Position numbers and translations under genes: made by a program | The notes under the pieces: generated by a model | Told to the model about the DNA's origin: nothing | The model's database searches: none | The model's input: only the letters and a program-made list of their open reading frames with translations | NCBI GenBank assembly: GCA_965237415.1 | Contig: CBDEFM010000002.1 | Coordinates: forward strand, 2,432,001-2,496,000 | Direction of reading: 5' to 3' | DNA: 64,000 bases | Source of the DNA: Alphaproteobacteria bacterium | GTDB taxonomy: Bacteria > Pseudomonadota > Alphaproteobacteria > UBA828 | In this document: piece by piece, positions 8,067 to 21,355 of the stretch | Position numbering within the stretch: position 1 is the stretch's first letter | Layout of the letters: every line of letters starts with the position of its first letter

Positions 8067-9029
8067 CTACGCTGGGTCTGACGGCTTCGCCGGCGCCTCA
8101 AGCGCCGCCAGCAGGGCGAGCAAACGCGCATCGCGGTCTGCCGCGAGCGACGGAATCGACTGGCCCTCCAGCATCTCGTCCACCGCGCGGCTCATGGTCT
8201 CGATCGCGTCTGAATCGAGGCGGGGCGTGCCGAAATCGGCCCACCAGCTTTCCAGGGCGGGTCCGAAATGGTTGAGTGCCCCGCGCACGCCGCCCTCGCC
8301 GCCGGCAAGATGCATGGTGCGGAACGGCCCCATGAAGGCCCAGCGGAGCCCAGGACCGTGGGAGACTGCCGCGTCGATGTCGGCGGCGCTCGCCGTGCCC
8401 GAAAGCAGCAGATGAAAGGCTTCCCGCAGGAGCGCCGCCTGCAACCGGTTGGCGATATGGCCCGGCACCTCGCGCTCGACCTTGATCGCCCGCTTGCCGT
8501 GGGCGTTGTAGAAGGCGAGCGTCCACTCGACCGCCTCCGGATCGGTGCCGCTACCGCCCACCACCTCGACCAGGGGAACGAGATGGGGCGGGTTGAAGGG
8601 ATGGCCCACGACGAAGCGCGCACCGTTGCGAAAGCCTTCCTGCAGCGAGCTGATCAGGAGCCCCGACGAGCTCGAGGCGACCACCGCGTCCGCCGTCAGT
8701 ACGGGATCGATACGACCGTAGAGCGCGCGCTTGAGCGCCTGGTCCTCCGGCGCGTTCTCCTGAACGAAGACCGCGCCTTCGACCGCTTCCTCCGGCTCGT
8801 CCACCACGCGCACTCGTGCAGGGTCGGCGCCCGGGCTGAGGCCGAGCCGCTCCATCGCGGGCCAGGCAGCGTCGACGAAGGCGCGGAGGCGCCCGGCGGT
8901 ATCGGGTGCCGGGTCCCATGCGGTGACCGAGAAGCCGCGTGCCATGAAATAGGTCGCCCAGCTGGCTCCGATCGTGCCGGTGCCGAGCAGCGCGATTTCG
9001 CCGACCTCCGCAGGTGCAGGCCGTGCCAT
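8067..9029 (-). CDS. 3-hydroxyacyl-CoA dehydrogenase family (carnitine dehydrogenase / lambda-crystallin-like)
   Basis: GTGTIG Rossmann motif, [31 protein letters not shown]. Confidence 0.88.
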   Translation of the reverse strand: MARPAPAEVGEIALLGTGTIGASWATYFMARGFSVTAWDPAPDTAGRLRAFVDAAWPAMERLGLSPGADPARVRVVDEPEEAVEGAVFVQENAPEDQALKRALYGRIDPVLTADAVVASSSSGLLISSLQEGFRNGARFVVGHPFNPPHLVPLVEVVGGSGTDPEAVEWTLAFYNAHGKRAIKVEREVPGHIANRLQAALLREAFHLLLSGTASAADIDAAVSHGPGLRWAFMGPFRTMHLAGGEGGVRGALNHFGPALESWWADFGTPRLDSDAIETMSRAVDEMLEGQSIPSLAADRDARLLALLAALEAPAKPSDPA

Positions 9030-9177
9030 GAGAGCCTCCTTCGCTTGCCGGCGAACCGCCTATGGGGCGGCTCTGTCGATTTTGCCGCCTGGCCGCGCCG
9101 CCCGGCGCTATATATACCGCGAGCGCCCGGCAATCGAGGGACCGGGGCAGGGCGGCGTGCTGCCGAAGGAGGACATC

Positions 9178-9597
9178 ATGGTGGAAAAGGTGGTGAAGTC
9201 GGACGCGGGATGGCGCGCGGCGCTGACCGAAGAGCAGTACCACGTGACCCGGATGAAGGGCACCGAGCGGGCCTTCACGGGCGCTTATTGCAGCGAGAAG
9301 GCGCCGGGCGAATACGCCTGCGTCTGCTGCGGCGCCCTTCTCTTCAACTCCGGCGATAAATTCGAGTCCGGAACCGGATGGCCGAGCTTCGCCAGGCCGA
9401 TCGATGAGGCCAACGTCGGCACGGTGGAGGACACAAGCTACGGCATGCGCCGGATCGAGGTCGTGTGCATCCGCTGCGACGCCCATCTCGGCCACGTCTT
9501 CCCGGACGGACCGGCGCCCACGGGATTGCGCTATTGCATGAATTCGGCCGCGCTCGTGCTGACGCCCAGCGATGAAGGTGGGTCGGAAGGCGCCTAA
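9178..9597 (+). CDS. msrB: Peptide-methionine (R)-S-oxide reductase
   Basis: [12 protein letters not shown] and CIRC zinc sites, [24 protein letters not shown]; AGGAGG RBS. Confidence 0.96.
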   Translation: MVEKVVKSDAGWRAALTEEQYHVTRMKGTERAFTGAYCSEKAPGEYACVCCGALLFNSGDKFESGTGWPSFARPIDEANVGTVEDTSYGMRRIEVVCIRCDAHLGHVFPDGPAPTGLRYCMNSAALVLTPSDEGGSEGA

Positions 9598-9645
9598 CCG
9601 AGAATTTTGCCGCGGTCACGCTTTGCAGCTCGGGGGAGACGGGCC

Positions 9646-10572
9646 TCACTCGTCTCGAGACGACGTCACCTCCCGTACGATGTCCCTGAAGAGGCCGAAT
9701 GGCGACAGGTCGTCGGCGGACCGCCGCGAGATCATCCCCGCGCGGTAGCGGTATGAGCCGAACGCTACCGGCAGAGGTTTCAGAGGTTGTCCGGGGAGCC
9801 TGTCGAGGAAGGTCAGCGAGAGCCATGACAGGTAAGAGCCTGCTCCCATCAGGAACAAACCGCCGCACCCGGCACGGGTGACGGTTTTCACCCGCTTGCT
9901 CGTCCTGTCGTAGAGCTGGTCGAGAACCCCGGTCAACCCCGGCCGCCCGTTGGCGGTGTAAGTCCGCAAGGGCGCGTCGAAGTCAATCCACGGGTAGTCG
10001 GCGAGCGCCCCTTCGTTCAGCGTACCCGAATGGAGCGGATGGTTCTTGTGGGCGACGATTCCCCACGTCATGTCGAGGAAGCGTTCGCTCCTCAGGAACT
10101 GTGGCAGGGGTTCGTTGCCGCTGATCCCACCGCAGTGGAGGTCGCTGTCGCCGTTCGCCAAGAGGCGGATCCCCTCCGACAAGGGGGTGGTTTTCAGTTT
10201 GAGCTCTACCCCGGGGCAGGTCTCGTGGAACCTGGCGATGACATCGGGGAGAACGGCCCCCATCCACACAGGCCCGGCCGTGACCCGCAGACTGCCAGTG
10301 CGGCCGGAGAGCGTCGCACTGATTTTCTCTTCGGCAACTTCGATTTCATAGAGGATGTGGCGTGCCAGATCGGCGACCACGGCGCCGAGCGGCGTGAGCC
10401 GGACACCCGTGGACATGCGGTCGAACAGCCGGCCACCGAATTGGCGCTCGAGCCTTGCGACAACCCGCGAGAGGGCAGGCTGCGTGATGCCGAGCTTGTC
10501 GGCCGCAGACAGAATCGCGCCTGCTTCCGCGACGGCGAGGAATTTAGTCAGGTCCTTGCGTTTTTCAAACAT
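9646..10572 (-). CDS. LysR-type transcriptional regulator
   Basis: HTH AADKLGITQPALSRVVARLE...LFDR, followed by substrate-binding domain; start chosen at MFEKRKDL. Confidence 0.9.
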   Translation of the reverse strand: MFEKRKDLTKFLAVAEAGAILSAADKLGITQPALSRVVARLERQFGGRLFDRMSTGVRLTPLGAVVADLARHILYEIEVAEEKISATLSGRTGSLRVTAGPVWMGAVLPDVIARFHETCPGVELKLKTTPLSEGIRLLANGDSDLHCGGISGNEPLPQFLRSERFLDMTWGIVAHKNHPLHSGTLNEGALADYPWIDFDAPLRTYTANGRPGLTGVLDQLYDRTSKRVKTVTRAGCGGLFLMGAGSYLSWLSLTFLDRLPGQPLKPLPVAFGSYRYRAGMISRRSADDLSPFGLFRDIVREVTSSRDE

Positions 10573-11024
10573 CTTGCGTCCACATCCTTCGGGAATTAAC
10601 TCCATGTCCCTCACATGTGGATGTGGCAAGCATGGTGAATGGCGTCTAACAACGAATTCTGATTCAGCCGATAGGATATACTTATCCGAGATCGGCACGG
10701 GGCGCGAGACAGCTCCGGTGAGGCCGACAGCGCGACTCGTGATCTCTCAAAGTTGTGATGCAGCGCCCAACGGTCGCCCGGTTGACCATTCGACACTCGA
10801 AACTGACGTATCGGCTCTTCCGAAATACCGGTAACTCGTTGTCTTTACTGAAATACCTCAATGCGGCGGTGACGCACGAAGGGCCGGCGCCAGCCACCGG
10901 CCACGAGGTTCATTGATCGAAGCCCAAGGTTCAGCCCCGCCTAAGGCTACTTCGCTCACTTAGACGGTGTTAGTCCTTTTTTGGCCCGGAGCGAGCGTTC
11001 TGTACAAGCGTCCCACACCGCATT

Positions 11025-11039
11025 ATGCCGTTTTGGCAT
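11025..11039. promoter_or_regulatory. Putative LTTR binding box (T-N11-A)
   Basis: Palindrome ATGCC-GTTTT-GGCAT upstream of the lysR gene. Confidence 0.45.
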
Positions 11040-11241
11040 TTATTTTCTCTGGACAGTTATTCTTTGTGTCGATCGTTCTCAGCTTGGCGAGTCGGATGGG
11101 ACAGACTTGGTATCTGCGGGATCGTTGAATTGACGCGCAATCTCGACGAGTTGGTGGGAACGATGGGTCTTGCGCGAATACCGCCGTTTGCCCGCTGTGT
11201 CGCGGCGCGACGCCTTGGCGAAGACCCGTCATCGTAGTCGC

Positions 11242-11259
11242 GTGTCGCGCAACGGTCAT
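11242..11259 (+). promoter_or_regulatory. Possible Pho box upstream of phoX
   Basis: GTGTCGC-GCAA-CGGTCAT, two degenerate CTGTCAT-like halves 11 bp apart; weak match supported mainly by context. Confidence 0.3.
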
Positions 11260-11364
11260 ATGGGTGCCAACGAGCCGTAACCGGCCATGGTTATCACCGG
11301 CCACGCCTGTAGCGCCGGGGTGGCGGCGCAGGCTCCGGTGCTAAGCTTTATTCGACCACGGGAG

Positions 11365-13278
11365 ATGGACATGCGAGATCACGCGGTGGCCGCACGCGAT
11401 GCGGTCTCACGGGGCGACGCCGGCGACATGAACGACTGGCGCACCTCACCCACCGATTTCGAGCGGCTGGCCGCGCGGGCGATCTCGCGGCGCGGATTCC
11501 TTTGCGGCACCGCGGCCTGCGGCGCGACCGCGTTTGTGCTGAGTGCCGGCGGATTGGCGGCGCAGCCCGCGCGCGCTGCGGTGGCGGGCCTCGATTTCAC
11601 GCCCGTCGCCGCCAACGGCCTCGACACGGTTACCGTACCCGACGGCTACAGCTGGCATGTGGTGGCCCGCTGGGGCGATCCGCTCTGGTCGACAGGCGCC
11701 GCCTTCGACCATGCGAGCCGCGGCACCGGCGAAAGCCAGGAGGCCGCCTGCGGCGACAACAACGACGGCATGGCGCTCTACACCGACGGCGACAAGAACG
11801 TCCTCGCCGTGAACAACGAGTACGTGAACCTCGACATCATGTTCGCCAACCGGGAGTCGGGGAAACCCGAGACCGCCGACGACGTGCGCAAGTGCAAGGC
11901 GGGCCACGGCGTCTCCGTCATCGAGATCGCGCAGCAGGACGGCGCCTGGCGGATCGTCCAGGATTCGCCTTACAACCGCCGCGTCACCCCCAACACGCCG
12001 ATGGAGATCACCGGGCCCGCGCGCGGGCACGACCTCGTGAAGACCGCCGCCGACCCCGCCGGCACGACCGCGCTCGGCACCTGGAACAACTGCGGCAACG
12101 GGCGCACGCCCTGGGGCACCTATCTGGCCTGCGAGGAGAATTTCAACGGCTACTTCTCGTCGAGCGATCCCGACTTCGCGCTGCCCGCAGGCTACGAGCG
12201 TTACGGCATCAAGGCGGAGGACCGCGGCTACGGCTGGGCGATGACGGACGAGCGCTTCGATGTTTCCAAGCATCCCAACGAGCCCAACCGCGCGGGCTAC
12301 GTGGTGGAGATCGACCCGCTGGATCCCGCGTCCATGCCCAAGAAGCGCACGGCGCTCGGCCGTTTCAAGCACGAAAACGCGGAGGTGACGCTCGCCGCCG
12401 ACGGCCGCGTCGTGGTCTATCTGGGCGATGACGAGCGGGGCGAGTTCCTTTACCGCTTCGTGAGCGACGGCGTCTATGCCGAGGGCGGCGACAATCGCGA
12501 CCTGCTGGAGAGCGGCACGCTCTCCGTCGCCAGGTTCGCGGACGATGGCACAGGCGAGTGGGCCGCGCTCACGCCTGAGTCCACCGGCATGGCGTCCCAG
12601 GCTGAGATCTGCATTCACACCCGCCAGGCTGCCTCGGCGGTGGGCGCAACGACCATGGACCGGCCCGAATGGGTGGCGGCCAACCCGAACAAGGCCGAGG
12701 CCTACTGCTGCCTCACCAACAACAAGAACCGCGGCGTGAAGCCCAATGCGGGCGGCGACTTGACACCGGTGGGCGGACCCAACCCGAGGGAGAAGAACAA
12801 GTACGGCCAGATCGTGCGCTGGATGCCCGATGGCGGCGACCATGCGTCCACCGCGTTCGCCTGGGACCTCTACGTCATCGCCGGCAATCCGACGATCCAC
12901 GGCGACGCGCGCGCCGGCTCCGCCAACGTGAATGCCGACAACATGTTCAACTCGCCGGATGGCATCGCCTTCGACAGCCAGGGCCGCCTCTGGATCCAGA
13001 CCGACGGCAAGTACTCCAACGAGGGCGACTTCGCCGGCCTGGGCAACAACATGATGCTGGTGGGCGACCCCGCCACCGGCGAGATTCGCCGCTTCCTCGT
13101 TGGCCCGCGCGAGTGCGAGGTCACCGGGATCGCCTGGAGCGCCGACCGCAAGACCATGTTTATCGGCATCCAGCATCCCGGCGAAAAGGGCGACAGCCAC
13201 TTTCCCGAAGGCGGCGAGGCCACGCCCCGCTCCGCCGTGGTCGCGATCACCCGTGACGACGGCGGTGTGATCGGCTGA
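11365..13278 (+). CDS. phoX: PhoX family alkaline phosphatase, Tat-exported
   Basis: SRRGFL twin-arginine, GDNNDGM, NNCGNGRTPWGTYLACEENF, RFKHE, MDRPEW, SPDGI, IQHPG. Confidence 0.94.
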   Translation: MDMRDHAVAARDAVSRGDAGDMNDWRTSPTDFERLAARAISRRGFLCGTAACGATAFVLSAGGLAAQPARAAVAGLDFTPVAANGLDTVTVPDGYSWHVVARWGDPLWSTGAAFDHASRGTGESQEAACGDNNDGMALYTDGDKNVLAVNNEYVNLDIMFANRESGKPETADDVRKCKAGHGVSVIEIAQQDGAWRIVQDSPYNRRVTPNTPMEITGPARGHDLVKTAADPAGTTALGTWNNCGNGRTPWGTYLACEENFNGYFSSSDPDFALPAGYERYGIKAEDRGYGWAMTDERFDVSKHPNEPNRAGYVVEIDPLDPASMPKKRTALGRFKHENAEVTLAADGRVVVYLGDDERGEFLYRFVSDGVYAEGGDNRDLLESGTLSVARFADDGTGEWAALTPESTGMASQAEICIHTRQAASAVGATTMDRPEWVAANPNKAEAYCCLTNNKNRGVKPNAGGDLTPVGGPNPREKNKYGQIVRWMPDGGDHASTAFAWDLYVIAGNPTIHGDARAGSANVNADNMFNSPDGIAFDSQGRLWIQTDGKYSNEGDFAGLGNNMMLVGDPATGEIRRFLVGPRECEVTGIAWSADRKTMFIGIQHPGEKGDSHFPEGGEATPRSAVVAITRDDGGVIG

Positions 13279-13297
13279 GTATTCGCTGAGACATTTC

Positions 13298-13327
13298 GGA
13301 GCCGCTCCTCACGGGGCGGCTCCCTTT
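13298..13327 (+). terminator. Rho-independent terminator after phoX
   Basis: GGAGCCGCTCC-TCAC-GGGGCGGCTCC hairpin followed by CTTT. Confidence 0.7.
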
Positions 13328-13544
13328 CGACGCCCCTAATCGCCCCGAGCGCCCGCGCCCGCGCTGCGGTCCTCGCCGGCGCGATCTATATGATATTCTT
13401 ATGAATATAGAAAATAAACGGTATTGGAAGTTATATTCTCAGATCGATAGGCTGCCCCGATACGGCATAGCGCTGACTGACGGTCAACCGACTCCCTCAG
13501 CCGGCGGCCGGTTCAGAAGGGTAACGACTTGTGAGTAGGAGACG

Positions 13545-13739
13545 ATGATGAGCGCCAAGAAAGAGATCGCAATCCGAGAGACCGAACAACGTCCGAATAG
13601 CGGGAACAAGACAATCTGGCTGCGCCATGGGGCCTTCATCGCGCTCGTCGCGGCCCTCGTGGCCGTCACCACGACCGTCCTGATTATCGGCGGAACGGAG
13701 CCGGCGAACGCCTGCTTCCTGGTCATTCCATACTGGTAG
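13545..13739 (+). CDS. Small signal-peptide-bearing protein (64 aa), candidate peptide precursor
   Basis: AGGAG RBS, GC-ending codons in the hydrophobic core, h-region GAFIALVAALVAVTTTVLII, AXA site PANA, then only CFLVIPYW-stop. Confidence 0.65.
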   Translation: MMSAKKEIAIRETEQRPNSGNKTIWLRHGAFIALVAALVAVTTTVLIIGGTEPANACFLVIPYW

Positions 13740-13818
13740 GAGCTGAGCTTGGTTGATTCTGCTGATGCGCTTGGCCCAGTGGGGAGGTGGTCATGCCCAC
13801 GGCCTCGGCCAGTCGCGG

Positions 13819-13846
13819 TTGACCGTCGCCAGCAAGGCGGTAGTAT
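13819..13846 (+). promoter_or_regulatory. Putative sigma70 promoter of the gcv leader
   Basis: TTGACC-N16-TAGTAT immediately upstream of the riboswitch. Confidence 0.55.
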
Positions 13847-13865
13847 CGGCGCACCGGTCTTGCAG

Positions 13866-14069
13866 GTGAACCCCGAGGGAGAGTCCGTGCGGCCCAGCCG
13901 TGCGGCGCCGAAGGAGCAAGCGTCCCGGAAACTCTCAGGCATCAGGGACCGCGGGGGGATGCAACTCTGGAAAGCAGGCGGCGGACGCCACGCCGCCTCA
14001 CCGACGGGGTAAGCCGGCGGCGGGCCATCGGCCGCACGGTTAATCTCTCAGGTTCCGAGACAGAGGGGG
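13866..14069 (+). ncRNA. Tandem glycine riboswitch
   Basis: GGGAGAG...CGCCGAAGGAGCAA...GGAAACTCTCAGGC then CTCTGGAAAG...CACCGACGGGGTAA...AATCTCTCAGGT...GACAGAGG; directly upstream of gcvT. Confidence 0.93.
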
Positions 14070-14126
14070 CACCGGACGATCCCACGCGGGATCGTTGCCC
14101 CGTGTCTGTGTGAGCCTGGAGATGCC

Positions 14127-15245
14127 ATGAGCGACGACACCGGTACCGACGCCCTCGCCCGGACTCCGATCTTCGACGAACACCGCGCGCTCGGCGCCAC
14201 GCTGGTGGGCTTCGCCGGCTATGCCATGCCGGTGCGCTACGCCGCCGGAATCATGGCGGAGCACACGCATACGCGCAGCGCCGCCGGCCTCTTCGACGTC
14301 TCCCACATGGGTCAGCTGCGGCTCACCGGCCCCGACGCCGACGCCGCTCTGGAGCGCCTCGTGCCCGGGGATATCGCGGGCCTCGCGCCCATGGCCATGC
14401 GCTACACGCAGTTCACCGACGGCGGCGGCGGCATCCTCGACGACTTGATCGTGACCCGCACCGCGGACGGTCTCCTCCTGGTCGTCAACGCGGGTTGCAA
14501 GGATGCCGACATCGCTCACCTGAACGAGAGGCTCCACGGGAACGTGGTCCTCGAGGTGCTCGCTGAGCGGGCGCTCATCGCTCTGCAGGGGCCGCAGGCG
14601 GCGGCGGTGCTCGAGCGCCATGCGCCGGGATGCGCGGGGCTCTCCTTCATGACCGCAGGCCGGTTCGCCATCGGCGCCGTAGACACGCTGATTTCGCGCT
14701 CTGGCTACACCGGCGAGGATGGCTTCGAGATATCGGTATCCGCAGACGAGGCAGCGGCGCTCTGGCGGCGTCTTAGCGCCGAGCCCGAGGTCGAGCCTGT
14801 AGGGCTCGGCGCCCGCGATTCGCTTCGCCTGGAGGCGGGGCTCTGCCTCTACGGCCACGACATCGACGAGAGCACCTCGCCGGTGGAGGCCGGGCTTGCG
14901 TGGTCCATCGGCAAGCGGCGCCGGCAGGAGGGCGGCTTCCCCGGTGTGTCACGCATTCAGCGAGAGCTGGCCGAGGGGCCCCGGCGCCGGCGCGTCGGCA
15001 TCCTGCCTGATGGCCGGGCGCCGGCGCGCGAAGGCACGTCCGTGTTGGACGCAGACGGCGCCGCCATCGGCACCGTCACCAGCGGCGGCTTCGGGCCGAC
15101 CGCCGGCGGGCCGGTGGCCATGGGCTACGTCGCGGCCGAGGCCGCCGAGACCGGCAGGCCGGTGTCGCTGCTGGTGCGGGGCAAGCCCCGGCCGGCGACC
15201 ATCGTCAAGCTGCCGTTCGTCCCCCACACCTATCACCGAGGATGA
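14127..15245 (+). CDS. gcvT: Glycine cleavage system aminomethyltransferase T
   Basis: GLFDVSHMGQ, SRSGYTGEDGFEIS, GLGARDSLRLEAGLCLYG. Confidence 0.97.
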   Translation: MSDDTGTDALARTPIFDEHRALGATLVGFAGYAMPVRYAAGIMAEHTHTRSAAGLFDVSHMGQLRLTGPDADAALERLVPGDIAGLAPMAMRYTQFTDGGGGILDDLIVTRTADGLLLVVNAGCKDADIAHLNERLHGNVVLEVLAERALIALQGPQAAAVLERHAPGCAGLSFMTAGRFAIGAVDTLISRSGYTGEDGFEISVSADEAAALWRRLSAEPEVEPVGLGARDSLRLEAGLCLYGHDIDESTSPVEAGLAWSIGKRRRQEGGFPGVSRIQRELAEGPRRRRVGILPDGRAPAREGTSVLDADGAAIGTVTSGGFGPTAGGPVAMGYVAAEAAETGRPVSLLVRGKPRPATIVKLPFVPHTYHRG

Positions 15246-15258
15246 GCCGGAGGATGCC

Positions 15259-15642
15259 GTGAGCGGGCTTAAGTACAGCAAGGACCATGAATGGGTGCTC
15301 GTCGAGGGCGATATCGCCACCGTCGGCATCTCCAACTACGCGCAGGAGCAGCTCGGCGACGTTGTCTACGTCGAGTTGCCGGAGGTCGGCAGAGCCGTCG
15401 GCCAGAGCGAGGAGGCCGCAGTGGTCGAATCGGTCAAGGCCGCGAGCGAGGTCTACGCGCCGGTCTCCGGCGAGGTCGTTGAGGTCAACCAGGCGCTGGA
15501 AGACGACCCCGCGCTGGTGAACCGCGAACCGACGGGCGAGGGCTGGTTCCTCAAGCTCCGGCTGAGCGCGCCCGGCGAGCTGGACGGGCTGATGGACGAG
15601 GGATCTTACGCCGAGTACGTCGCCGGCCTCGGCGACGGCTAG
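15259..15642 (+). CDS. gcvH: Glycine cleavage system H protein
   Basis: [18 protein letters not shown], lipoyl motif [16 protein letters not shown]; GTG start after GGAGG. Confidence 0.97.
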   Translation: MSGLKYSKDHEWVLVEGDIATVGISNYAQEQLGDVVYVELPEVGRAVGQSEEAAVVESVKAASEVYAPVSGEVVEVNQALEDDPALVNREPTGEGWFLKLRLSAPGELDGLMDEGSYAEYVAGLGDG

Positions 15643-15743
15643 GGGCGACGACTGAGCATGTCGCCGCAATCGGCGACAACACGGTGTTGGCGGGACGCGG
15701 CGAGCATAAGCCGGCGCCCGCCGTCGGGGAGGGAGCGATCGCG

Positions 15744-18641
<2,898 letters not shown>

Positions 18642-18678
18642 GGAGGCGGGCCGCGTCGGGCGGCGCTGACTCTCCGCC

Positions 18679-19233
18679 CTATCGATTGGCGCCGGGCACC
18701 CAGAGCGTGTCTGCCGCGCCGTCCTCGTTGAGGTGGCGGGCGAGCACGAAGAGGTGGTCGGAGAGCCGGTTGGCGTAGATCACTGCCAACGGGTTGACGG
18801 GCTCCTGCTCCGCGAGCGCCGTGATAAGCCGCTCGGCACGGCGGACCACCGTGCGCGCGAGATGTAGTGGTGCAGCGGCGCGGCCGCCGCCCGGTAGAAT
18901 GAAGGACTCGAGCGGCTTCAAGCGCTCGTTCATGGCATCGATCTCGCCTTCGAGCCGATCGATCTGCGACTGGACAATGCGCAACCCCTCGTCGAGCGAT
19001 CCGGGCCGGCAGAGGTCGGCGCCGAGGTCGAACAGATCGTTCTGGATGCGCTCCAGCATCGCGTCCGCTTCGCCCTCGGTCTCCAGGCGCGCGAGGCCGA
19101 TGGCCGCGTTCGCCTCGTCGACCGTGCCGTAGGCTTCGACGCGGGCGTCGTGCTTCTTCACCCGCGCGCCGCCGCCGAGCGAGGTCTCCCCCGCATCGCC
19201 GCCGCGGGTGTAGATCTTCGTGAGTCGGACCAT
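18679..19233 (-). CDS. pduO: PduO-type cob(I)alamin adenosyltransferase
   Basis: KIYTRGGDAGET, YGTVDEAN, SFILPGG, RRAER, NRLSDHLFVLAR. Confidence 0.93.
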   Translation of the reverse strand: MVRLTKIYTRGGDAGETSLGGGARVKKHDARVEAYGTVDEANAAIGLARLETEGEADAMLERIQNDLFDLGADLCRPGSLDEGLRIVQSQIDRLEGEIDAMNERLKPLESFILPGGGRAAAPLHLARTVVRRAERLITALAEQEPVNPLAVIYANRLSDHLFVLARHLNEDGAADTLWVPGANR

Positions 19234-19238
19234 CCGCG

Positions 19239-19433
19239 CTACTTCTGGACGACAAACACCAGAAGAGCGAGCAGTGCGATCGCCGCAAACTGGAGCCCGA
19301 CCCGCCAGCGCATGAAGACGTTGCTCTTGCTATTCTTGCCGCCGCCGTACATCGCGCCGAGCCCGAGCACGAGCGCGACCACGACCGCGCCCATCAGGAC
19401 GTAGACGGCGATTTCGAGAATCTCGGCCAGCAT
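19239..19433 (-). CDS. Twin-transmembrane-helix small protein (HIG1-like)
   Basis: Two TM helices around SNVFMRWRVGLQ; usual position upstream of pduO in alphaproteobacteria. Confidence 0.85.
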   Translation of the reverse strand: MLAEILEIAVYVLMGAVVVALVLGLGAMYGGGKNSKSNVFMRWRVGLQFAAIALLALLVFVVQK

Positions 19434-19630
19434 GGCTGTCCTCGCGGCCTGGCCAGCGGCGCGTTCGGGAGCGGCCTTCCGCCGCGGTTATAGCGCGTCC
19501 CACCTGCGCTGCCCACGTCAATCGGCCACGCTCCGAACACCGTCGCGCTTGTTCCGCCTATCCCCGAGTGCAATCTTGAGATCGGTAAGAAAGAAGCGTG
19601 CCCCATATGGAGTTTTTGCGAGGTGATTCC

Positions 19631-20626
19631 ATGAAGTTGGCACGAGAGGCGCGAACCGAGGCGGTTCGAACCGGCGAATTCAAGTACCTGGCGACGTCGG
19701 TCGCGAGCTCGCTCTACCGCAACGGCAAGGTGTTCACCCGCCGTGACAGCAGCGGCAACGACATCCCCTGGGTGGGCGCCGGCATGGAAAAGCGGCAGAT
19801 GCCGGTTCATGACGCGCGCGACCTGGTTAGGGCGCAACGCCGCACGCTCGACGCGAGTGGCTTCGAATTGCTCGAGCAATCCAGCGCGCCTCCGGATATC
19901 GACTTTCTGCATCACGACCAGGTCGTGCGTGCCTACTATCCGCAGTGCTGCGACATTATCCGGGAGGCGACGGGCGCACGCCTCGTCGCGGCCTTCGACC
20001 ACAACATCCGGTCGGTCTCCGGCAATCAGAGCAGGCGCCGTATCGAGGGCGGGCAACAGGTGCAGCCCCCGGCCCGCGTGGTTCACGGCGATTACACGTT
20101 GACCAGCGCGCCGCAGCGATTGCGCGACCTGGCCCAGCCGCCCACCGGCAACGACACCTACCGAACCCTGCTATCCGATGGCGACACGCTCCTCGACAGG
20201 GCACATGTTGCGCGCGCCCTCGAGGCAGGACGGTTCGCGATCATCAATCTATGGCGCAATATCGCGGAGGAGCCGGTGGCCCGCCATCCGCTTGCGCTCT
20301 GCGACGCGTCCAGCGTGTATCCCGACGATCTGGTGGTCTTCGAGATCCATTACGCCGACCGCATCGGCGAGAACTACTTTGCCAAACACTCGGACGACCA
20401 TCGCTGGTACTTCTATTCCGCCATGACCCGCGAGGAATCCCTGCTGATCAAGCAGTGGGATTCGGCCGGCGGGCTGGCGCGCTCCGAGGGCGCGAATGCG
20501 GACGCCATGAGCCCGGATGCGCCCTGCACCTTCAGTTTCCACAGCGCCTTCGAGGACCCGACGACGGCACCGGATGCACCCGACCGCTGGAGTATCGAAG
20601 TGCGCTGCGTCGTGCTCTACGACTAG
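19631..20626 (+). CDS. CmcJ/NvfI family oxidoreductase
   Basis: LDASGFEL, AFDHNIR, VHGDYT, INLWRNI, PLALCD, HSAFEDP, RWSIEVRC. Confidence 0.82.
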   Translation: MKLAREARTEAVRTGEFKYLATSVASSLYRNGKVFTRRDSSGNDIPWVGAGMEKRQMPVHDARDLVRAQRRTLDASGFELLEQSSAPPDIDFLHHDQVVRAYYPQCCDIIREATGARLVAAFDHNIRSVSGNQSRRRIEGGQQVQPPARVVHGDYTLTSAPQRLRDLAQPPTGNDTYRTLLSDGDTLLDRAHVARALEAGRFAIINLWRNIAEEPVARHPLALCDASSVYPDDLVVFEIHYADRIGENYFAKHSDDHRWYFYSAMTREESLLIKQWDSAGGLARSEGANADAMSPDAPCTFSFHSAFEDPTTAPDAPDRWSIEVRCVVLYD

Positions 20627-20661
20627 CCCGGCACTCGCGCCACGATCATGGGAGGAGCGGC

Positions 20662-21321
20662 TTGAGCGCCTTGACGGGTCCGGAACGGCCGCCGGCATCG
20701 GGAGGGCCTGCCCGCAAGCTCGTCCTCCTTCTGCATGGGCTTGGCGCCGACGGCAACGACCTGATCGGCCTCGCCGAGCCCTGGGGGCGGCTCGTGCCCC
20801 ACGCCTGTTTCGCCGCGCCGGACGCGCCCGAGCCCTGCGACATGGCGCCGATGGGGCGGCAGTGGTTCAGCCTCAGCGACCGTTCGCCCGCAAGCATGGC
20901 CGAAGGCGTCGCCCGCGCCGCAGAGGCGCTCAACGCCGATATCGATGCAAGGCTGGAGAGGCTCGGGCTCGGTGAGGGCGACCTCGCGCTGGTGGGTTTC
21001 AGCCAGGGCACGATGATGTCGCTCCACGTCGCCTATCGCCGCGCCGCGCCCTGCGCCGGCGTACTGGGCTTCTCGGGCCGGCTCGTGGACACCGAACGCC
21101 TCGGAAGCGAGCTTCGCGCGCGCCCGCCGGCGCTGCTGATCCATGGCGACGCGGACGATCTCGTGCCGGTCGGCGCGCTCTTCGAGGCGGCGACCATGCT
21201 CGGCGCCTGCGAAGTCCCGGTGCAATGGCATGTGAGCCGTGGCATTGGCCACGGCATCGCGCCGGACGGGCTGGAGATCGGCGGCCTCTTCCTCCGCGAC
21301 GTGCTGGCACCCGGAGGCTGA
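20662..21321 (+). CDS. Phospholipase/carboxylesterase
   Basis: LLHGLGADG, GFSQG nucleophile, HGDADDLVP, GHGI; TTG start after GGAGGAG. Confidence 0.9.
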   Translation: MSALTGPERPPASGGPARKLVLLLHGLGADGNDLIGLAEPWGRLVPHACFAAPDAPEPCDMAPMGRQWFSLSDRSPASMAEGVARAAEALNADIDARLERLGLGEGDLALVGFSQGTMMSLHVAYRRAAPCAGVLGFSGRLVDTERLGSELRARPPALLIHGDADDLVPVGALFEAATMLGACEVPVQWHVSRGIGHGIAPDGLEIGGLFLRDVLAPGG

Positions 21322-21355
21322 GCGTGCCGGTTGCGGTGAGATCGACGCCCGTGTG

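Noticed and set aside
13704-13715. ANAC as a lipoprotein lipobox
   Set aside because: Lacks L/V/I at -3 and is separated from the h-region by GGTEP; fits a signal peptidase I site better, though not fully excluded
13749-14012. Read-through extension of the 64-aa peptide (same frame)
   Set aside because: Runs through the gcv promoter and glycine riboswitch with no protein-like character
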